Assembly (NCBI GenBank): GCA_048886185.1
Contig: JBHLKY010000019.1
Coordinates: 30,001 to 62,000 of the forward strand
Reading direction: 5' to 3'
Length of the DNA: 32,000 nucleotides
From: Candidatus Hermodarchaeota archaeon
Lineage (GTDB): Archaea; Asgardarchaeota; Heimdallarchaeia; Hodarchaeales; Hodarchaeaceae
Shown: one piece after another, positions 26,780 to 32,000 of the stretch
Position numbering within the stretch: position 1 is the first letter of the stretch
Layout: the number at the start of each line of letters is the position of its first letter
Notes under the pieces: generated by a model
Database searches by the model: none
What the model was told of the DNA's origin: nothing
The model's input: the letters and a program-made list of their open reading frames with translations, nothing else
Translations under genes and position numbers: made by a program

Positions 26780-27778
26780 TTGTTGGAAAAAGAAATCATT
26801 AATCAAATTATTGAAACTCTCTTGATGAAAATCGAAGCCAAAGACCAAGAACAAGGCCGACTTCTTGTTCATGACGATTTTGAGCAATTTGACTCTCGAG
26901 TTACTTTTTGGGCTATCCGTGAAAATGTGCATGATCTTAAGGAAACGACCATAACTGATTTAGTAGGTATTCCAAATGATTTAGAAATAAAAGTGACTTT
27001 TGCTCCTCCATCATTCTTTTTGGATGTTCTTGGAGGTAGAAAAAATGTTCCATATTGGCAGGTTGCTACTGTAATACGCATTTTACGTCATTCTGATATT
27101 GTTTTTGATCCTAAAGGGAAGATGCAACAGTGGATAGATCAAGCTCCTCTTATTGAATGGGATTCTTCCCTGATTGAATTGAAACGTCAAACAGCTACGA
27201 TGTTGCTGGATCGAATGAATAATAGGCTTAGAGAGGATATGTTAGCTGACGCTTACATATGGTTAATTAAAGCAGCAGAGGAAGCAATTTGTGTACCTTT
27301 GATGGAGGCGAATGCATTCAAAATTGGAACTCCCACATTGTTACTAGATGTATTAAGAGATTTTGATCTTGAACTGTATATTTTTTTTGCGAATTTACTT
27401 CGAATCCCAGCTTTCACTCCTGAAAAGCTTGATGATGCTAGAAAAGAGCTTGAAATATTGGCAGATCATCTATATAGTTTAAATATTAAAACAGATCGCG
27501 AGATGTGGATATTAGCGGCGTTCGTTTCCATTAATGAATCAGAACGAAGGTTAAAACAGAGTAAACTGGTCGATACCAAATTTAAGAGACGTCTTTTAGA
27601 AACAGCTGTTGGGGAATTGTGGCAGGGGTATTGGTTGGTTGCCCAAAATCCAAGAAAAGAAGTAAAACTAGACCCATGGGTGGTTGCCTCATTTTGGAAC
27701 TATTTTGGTTTTGATGAATTGGATGAAAAGTGGCTTTTAGAACAGGAGAAAAAAATAAGAGAATTGTTGCCTCATTAA
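26780..27778 (+). CDS. Hypothetical protein, possibly a degenerate Pol-beta-fold nucleotidyltransferase with helical (HEPN/KNTase-C-like) domain
   Basis: 332-aa ORF; IVFDPKG junction motif followed by helical bundles (ATMLLDRM...ADAYIWLIKAAEEAI). No intact GS...DxD motif. Confidence 0.5.
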   Translation: MLEKEIINQIIETLLMKIEAKDQEQGRLLVHDDFEQFDSRVTFWAIRENVHDLKETTITDLVGIPNDLEIKVTFAPPSFFLDVLGGRKNVPYWQVATVIRILRHSDIVFDPKGKMQQWIDQAPLIEWDSSLIELKRQTATMLLDRMNNRLREDMLADAYIWLIKAAEEAICVPLMEANAFKIGTPTLLLDVLRDFDLELYIFFANLLRIPAFTPEKLDDARKELEILADHLYSLNIKTDREMWILAAFVSINESERRLKQSKLVDTKFKRRLLETAVGELWQGYWLVAQNPRKEVKLDPWVVASFWNYFGFDELDEKWLLEQEKKIRELLPH

Positions 27779-27793
27779 GATCCAAAGTTTTGT

Positions 27794-28720
27794 TTAGTGG
27801 TTTGTCATAAACCAATCCCATGTTTTTTTAATTCCAGAAAACATATCCGTATTAGCTCTCCATCCTAATATTTCTAAAGCTTTTGATGAATCTAATGAGA
27901 TATGATTAACATCTCCAGGTCGTGAGTCACAAAATCTTTTACGAGCATTGATTTTAGTAACTTCTTCGATGATCTTGATTAAATCCAGTAAATTTGTTTG
28001 TATTCCAGTTCCAGCGTTAAATGTTTCTATATCCTTAGAATTCATTACTTTGATACAAATATCAGCGATATCAGTAACATAAACATAGTCTCGAGTATCA
28101 GTGCCATCACCAAAAATATCGAGGGGTTCATTATTCTTTATTCTACCTAGATAAATTGAGATTACTCCAGCCTCACCAAGGGGGTCTTGTCTTGGTCCGT
28201 AAATATTCGCAGGTCGAATTATAGAGTATGAAAGGCCATATGTTCGATGAAACCAATGTAGATATCTTTCAGCTGTCAGTTTACTGATTCCATAAGGTGA
28301 AATGGGATCTTCTTTAGTGGTTTCTGGAGCAGGAATGGATGTAGGTTCGCCATAAATCGCTCCACCTGTGGACATATATATGAAACGCTTGATTGAGCTG
28401 TTATTCATTGCTTCCAGCAAGTTTATTGTACCTCCAATATTCACAGCGGCATCGAATTGTGGATCACGGACAGATCGGTTAACAGAGATTTGAGCAGCTA
28501 AGTGAAAGATATAATCGATATTCTTAACAGCTTTTCTTATAATATCAGGATTTTGTATATCCCCTTTAATGATTTTGATCTCATTTTTAATATCATCAAG
28601 ATTTTTCCTCTTTCCAGTGCTGAAATCGTCTAAACAAACCACAGAATGATTATCTATGAGCAATCGTTCAATTAAATGACTACCTACAAAACCTGCGCCA
28701 CCAGTGACTAAACATTCCAT
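27794..28720 (-). CDS. NAD-dependent nucleotide-sugar epimerase/dehydratase (extended SDR, GalE/WbpP-like)
   Basis: LVTGGAGFVGSH, FHLAAQ, STGGAIYG, PYGISK (YxxxK), NIYGPRQ and TRDYVYV. Confidence 0.93.
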   Translation of the reverse strand: MECLVTGGAGFVGSHLIERLLIDNHSVVCLDDFSTGKRKNLDDIKNEIKIIKGDIQNPDIIRKAVKNIDYIFHLAAQISVNRSVRDPQFDAAVNIGGTINLLEAMNNSSIKRFIYMSTGGAIYGEPTSIPAPETTKEDPISPYGISKLTAERYLHWFHRTYGLSYSIIRPANIYGPRQDPLGEAGVISIYLGRIKNNEPLDIFGDGTDTRDYVYVTDIADICIKVMNSKDIETFNAGTGIQTNLLDLIKIIEEVTKINARKRFCDSRPGDVNHISLDSSKALEILGWRANTDMFSGIKKTWDWFMTNH

Positions 28721-28934
28721 TAATAGCCCTCTTAAGTAAAGTAAAAATAGAGATTTATATGATCTGATGATTTTTTAGTAATCAATCATAAGGTTTAATT
28801 TTTATCGTTATTTGGACTTATCAAATCCAAAAAAAAGGAAATTACATCGTCTTCCGATTTTTTACTGTTTTATAATAATATTGGAATCTTTTAAGGTATT
28901 TAGTGATATAAAAACTCTAATAGAGGAATCAAAT

Positions 28935-29729
28935 ATGAGAATTGGAATGAGTAAGGGTGCAATCGTTATTTGGGATAATAATCTCATTAAAAGGTACCCC
29001 AGTTTATCGGATATTGAACCGATCATACGTGACCGAACTTACATTGCTAATTTGGCGTTTGATGAGCTTGATGAGATGTCTTCTCTTGAGGTACCTATCC
29101 AATCTTCAACGATAATTTGTTTGGCAAGAAATTATCTTGATCATGCAAAAGAAATGGGAATTGAACCAAAAAATCTTCCTTCTAATCCTGTTCTCTTTTT
29201 AAAACCTAAATCTGCTTTAATTGGACCTGGTCAAAATATTGTTTTTCCTCCTCAGGCTAAGCAAGTTGATCATGAAGTAGAATTGGCAGTTGTTATTGGA
29301 AAGAAGGGGAAAAATATTTCTCAGGAAGAAAGTCTTGATTTTGTGTTTGGCTATACTATCTTACTGGATATAACAGCTCGAGACATCCAAGCTTTAGCAA
29401 AAAAGAAAGGACATCCTTGGTTTCCTTCTAAGGGCTTCGATACATTCTCCCCTATTGGTCCATTCATTGTAACTTCTGATGAGATTAAGGATCCTCATAA
29501 ATTAGATATAGAATTGAGAGTGAACGACCAAATTAAACAGAAAGGAAATACTAGAGATATGATTTTTAAGATTGGACAAATCCTCAGTTATTGTAGTACT
29601 ATCACGACATTACATCCTGGTGATCTAATAGCTACAGGTACCCCTGCAGGAGTTGGCCCTGTAAAGAAAGGAGATAAAATTAGCGCTACTATTGAATCAA
29701 TCGGAACGCTTGAGGTTGGCGTAATTTAA
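28935..29729 (+). CDS. Fumarylacetoacetate hydrolase (FAH) family protein
   Basis: IICLARNYLDHAKEM, PVLFLKP, DHEVELAVVIGK, DITARDIQ, KGFDTFSPIGP and GDLIATGTPAGVG. The start is more likely ATG 28935 (GAGGA at 28923-28927) than TTG 28812. Confidence 0.92.
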   Translation: MRIGMSKGAIVIWDNNLIKRYPSLSDIEPIIRDRTYIANLAFDELDEMSSLEVPIQSSTIICLARNYLDHAKEMGIEPKNLPSNPVLFLKPKSALIGPGQNIVFPPQAKQVDHEVELAVVIGKKGKNISQEESLDFVFGYTILLDITARDIQALAKKKGHPWFPSKGFDTFSPIGPFIVTSDEIKDPHKLDIELRVNDQIKQKGNTRDMIFKIGQILSYCSTITTLHPGDLIATGTPAGVGPVKKGDKISATIESIGTLEVGVI

Positions 29730-30068
29730 TTGACAAATCTTGATATACTCATGTCTATTTTAAAACCTAGTTGTACACCTGTGGCTGCATTTCAAATTAC
29801 ACCCCAAACTATTCTATTTGTTGTGACTCATGAGGATTTTAAGAAAAGTTTACAAATATTAAACAGGTACAACATTACTTTAAGATTTCTTGAGGAAAGA
29901 AAATCAGGTTTAGATGTTCACGTTTCCCTTATCATTCAAAAATTTCCTGTAGAGGTCACATTTAGAATCATTGATTATACATTTGATTTTGTTCAAGAAA
30001 TAGTAAAAATTTTTCCAAATGCTTCCGTTTTCATTCAGGAAATCGAAGAGGTAGATAAAATCCCTTAA
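29730..30068 (+). CDS. Hypothetical protein (112 aa)
   Basis: Directly abuts the FAH stop codon; protein-like alternating alpha/beta pattern; alternative ATG at 29751. Confidence 0.6.
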   Translation: MTNLDILMSILKPSCTPVAAFQITPQTILFVVTHEDFKKSLQILNRYNITLRFLEERKSGLDVHVSLIIQKFPVEVTFRIIDYTFDFVQEIVKIFPNASVFIQEIEEVDKIP

Positions 30069-30081
30069 ATATTTGATATAT

Positions 30082-30473
30082 TCATGCAAGATTCTTTGAT
30101 TTCTTAAGATGAGTTTTTATTAGATTGAGTAAGTCATCAGCGCTAAAAAGTTTGTTGATATAAGCATCTACACCCGCTTCCTCACCAGTGATCCTATTCT
30201 TCTTTCCCACTTTCACAGTAAAGAGTAAAACAGGGATTCTTTCAACTTTGGATCATCTTTAATCCATTTACATACTTCTAAGCCATTGACTTTAAGCAGA
30301 AGAACATCCAAAAGAATAATATCTGGTTTCTCGGAGTTTGATTCAAGAAATTGTATTCCTTCTTCTCCATTATTAGCTGAAAAAACGCGATATGCTTCAT
30401 ATTCCAAGACCATTCAGGCAAGTTCCACAGTATCTTCTTCATCGTCAACAACTAGAATTGAAACCTCTTCCAT
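30082..30473 (-). pseudogene. Response-regulator receiver pseudogene
   Basis: ATG 30473 MEEVSILVVDDEEDTVELA, TGA 30414-30416, then MVLEY...PDIILLDV..., a 1-nt frameshift near 30238-30239, then IPVLLFTVK...EAGVDAYINKLFSADDLL...TGA 30082-30084. The 392-nt span is one base short of a whole number of codons. Confidence 0.88.
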
Positions 30474-30649
30474 TATTTGAACATCGGGAGTAATCAAAAT
30501 ATTTCATTTAGTATCTTAATTTTAAAGAAATATTGGGATGTATTTTTTACAAATATTATCTTTGAACGATTATAGACTCTAATAAATTATTTTATTTGAT
30601 AATAAATAATTACGTTCTTAAACTGAAAGAATATAACTAAAAATCTGTT

Positions 30650-31528
30650 TCAAAATATGTTTAAAATACCTTGAATCAAAGATACGATTTGATCGCGTCC
30701 TATTGCAATTGAAAATAAGGCTAAAATCATCACAAATCCAAAGGTTTGTTGAAGTCGTTTAGTATTGATCTTCTTGATTAATCTAGGCCCAATCTGGGCT
30801 CCTAGTATAATCCCTAATATCAAGAAAAATGCTAAATCAGGAAAGATTTGGCCCATTGAAATTTTAACTGCAGCACCTGCAATACTTGTAGCTATCATGA
30901 TAAACATTGAGGTGGCCACTGCTTTATGCATACTCATTTTACCGACATGTACCAAGATTGGAACCATTATAACTCCACCACCTACCCCTAACAGACCAGA
31001 AGCAAACCCTGCAATTAGTCCTAGTAATGTACTCAACAATTCTCGCTGTTCAATGTTAAACAAAACAACTTTGTCATGTTCAATCTCTTCATTTACATCG
31101 ATTGATGTTTTCTTCTGTTTAGGAAAAAAAATCATTTTTATTGCAATTGGAAATAAACATATCGCGAAAACAAGCCGGAAAACCTGAGGTGCTTCAGTTG
31201 CTAGATACGAACTTGTAAAACTGCCTAGTAATGCTCCTATAACTGTTGTGATGGCAACTAAAAGACCAGTATGATATTCTATTCTCCTTGGTTGCTGTGC
31301 ATAGGCAATTGTTGAAGATAATGCCGTAAAGATGATCATAAAAAGGACTGTTCCAATAGCATAACTTTCCTCAATTCCGAGTAAAATTAATGCTGGGGTC
31401 GTAATAAAACCTCCTCCAACACCCAGTGAGGATGAAATAATTCCAATAAAAAAAGCAAAGATGGAGAAGAAAATTCCATCGAGAATACTTGAAAGGTACT
31501 GGTCACCAATTATCTGAAGGAATGACAT
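30650..31528 (-). CDS. TauE/SafE (TSUP) family sulfite/sulfur-compound exporter
   Basis: Duplicated glycine motifs SSLGVGGGFITTP and SGLLGVGGGVIMVP; AIGT/AVATS motifs; about 8 TM segments. Confidence 0.9.
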   Translation of the reverse strand: MSFLQIIGDQYLSSILDGIFFSIFAFFIGIISSSLGVGGGFITTPALILLGIEESYAIGTVLFMIIFTALSSTIAYAQQPRRIEYHTGLLVAITTVIGALLGSFTSSYLATEAPQVFRLVFAICLFPIAIKMIFFPKQKKTSIDVNEEIEHDKVVLFNIEQRELLSTLLGLIAGFASGLLGVGGGVIMVPILVHVGKMSMHKAVATSMFIMIATSIAGAAVKISMGQIFPDLAFFLILGIILGAQIGPRLIKKINTKRLQQTFGFVMILALFSIAIGRDQIVSLIQGILNIF

Positions 31529-31791
31529 TTTTCAAATCTCTATCTTTAATTGATGGAAGTACAATCTGATATTTATCATAAATCTTGCTATTTTTCTATT
31601 AAATCGCATTCTTATCTTACTTCACGCGTTTAACGACTTTTTTTGATGTAGTATTTTTACACCTATACTGTATATACTCCTACCACATTATAATACAAAA
31701 AGAATCGGTATAACCCTGATTCTTAAAAGTAAATAATTAAGTAATAAATCAAACAAAACAGAATTTGAGCTGTAATTAGGATACTGATATC

Positions 31792-32000
31792 ATGGGTGTA
31801 ACTGAAATATTTGGTACCAAAGGAACTCAATTAAAACATAAACGAATTTTAATTGGTGTTACAGGATCAATTGCGGCCATTGAAGTTCCCCATCTTATTA
31901 GAGAGATTTTACGTTATGAAGGTGATCCTGTTGTTGTTCTTTCAGAAGAAGCATCCCGTTTAGTAGCAACAGATGCATTAACATGGTGTATGGATAAACA
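31792..32000 (+). CDS. coaBC: Bifunctional phosphopantothenoylcysteine decarboxylase/synthase (Dfp/CoaBC), 3'-truncated by window edge
   Basis: Not in the ORF track. ATG 31792 gives MGVTEIFGTKGTQLKHKRILIGVTGSIAAIEVPHLIREILRYEGDPVVVLSEEASRLVATDALTWCMDK; GVTGSIAA is the HFCD flavoprotein motif. Confidence 0.85.
   Translation, partial: MGVTEIFGTKGTQLKHKRILIGVTGSIAAIEVPHLIREILRYEGDPVVVLSEEASRLVATDALTWCMDK

Noticed and set aside
28812-28934. 41-aa N-terminal extension of the FAH hydrolase from TTG 28812
   Set aside because: AT-rich promoter-like sequence; a better ATG with GAGGA upstream is at 28935.
356-31187. Many short ORFs antisense to or overlapping real genes (e.g. 356-571, 2247-2495, 4543-4851, 11648-11911, 15431-15757, 15782-16207, 22686-22976, 30765-31187)
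   Set aside because: Shadow frames of genes with strong family motifs; no independent protein signatures.

Overview
AT-rich archaeal chromosomal segment, most likely from an Asgard archaeon (Heimdallarchaeia/Hodarchaeales-like). This taxonomy is inferred from a Rab-like small GTPase next to a Roadblock/LC7 gene, an LRR protein, an archaeal-type D-aminoacyl-tRNA deacylase, PIP-box-like C-termini and PGF-CTERM-like surface anchors. About 30 intact CDS can be supported. They form (1) an LRR-wHTH + MinD/ParA pair converging on a Roadblock + Rab-like GTPase pair; (2) a BMP-CASH/NosD surface fusion protein; (3) a dtdA + MESH1-like HD hydrolase pair; (4) a PadR + HAAS-membrane protein unit with a likely operator; (5) a DNA repair/modification neighbourhood (DNA polymerase IV, broken sfsA, and an endonuclease IV - flavin reductase - orphan SPPY-type DNA methyltransferase operon whose MTase ends in a PIP-box-like motif); and (6) housekeeping, transport and surface genes (MFS, DMT, M6 protease, epimerase, FAH hydrolase, TauE/SafE, partial coaBC). 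Manual reading of the gaps shows gene remnants that the ORF track misses or splits: a winged-HTH fragment, an orphan surface-protein signal/anchor, frameshifted sfsA and a receiver-domain pseudogene. Their inferred lesions are mostly G:C to A:T. I saw no rRNA, tRNA, CRISPR array or intact mobile element. All family calls come from motif recognition only; no database search was run.
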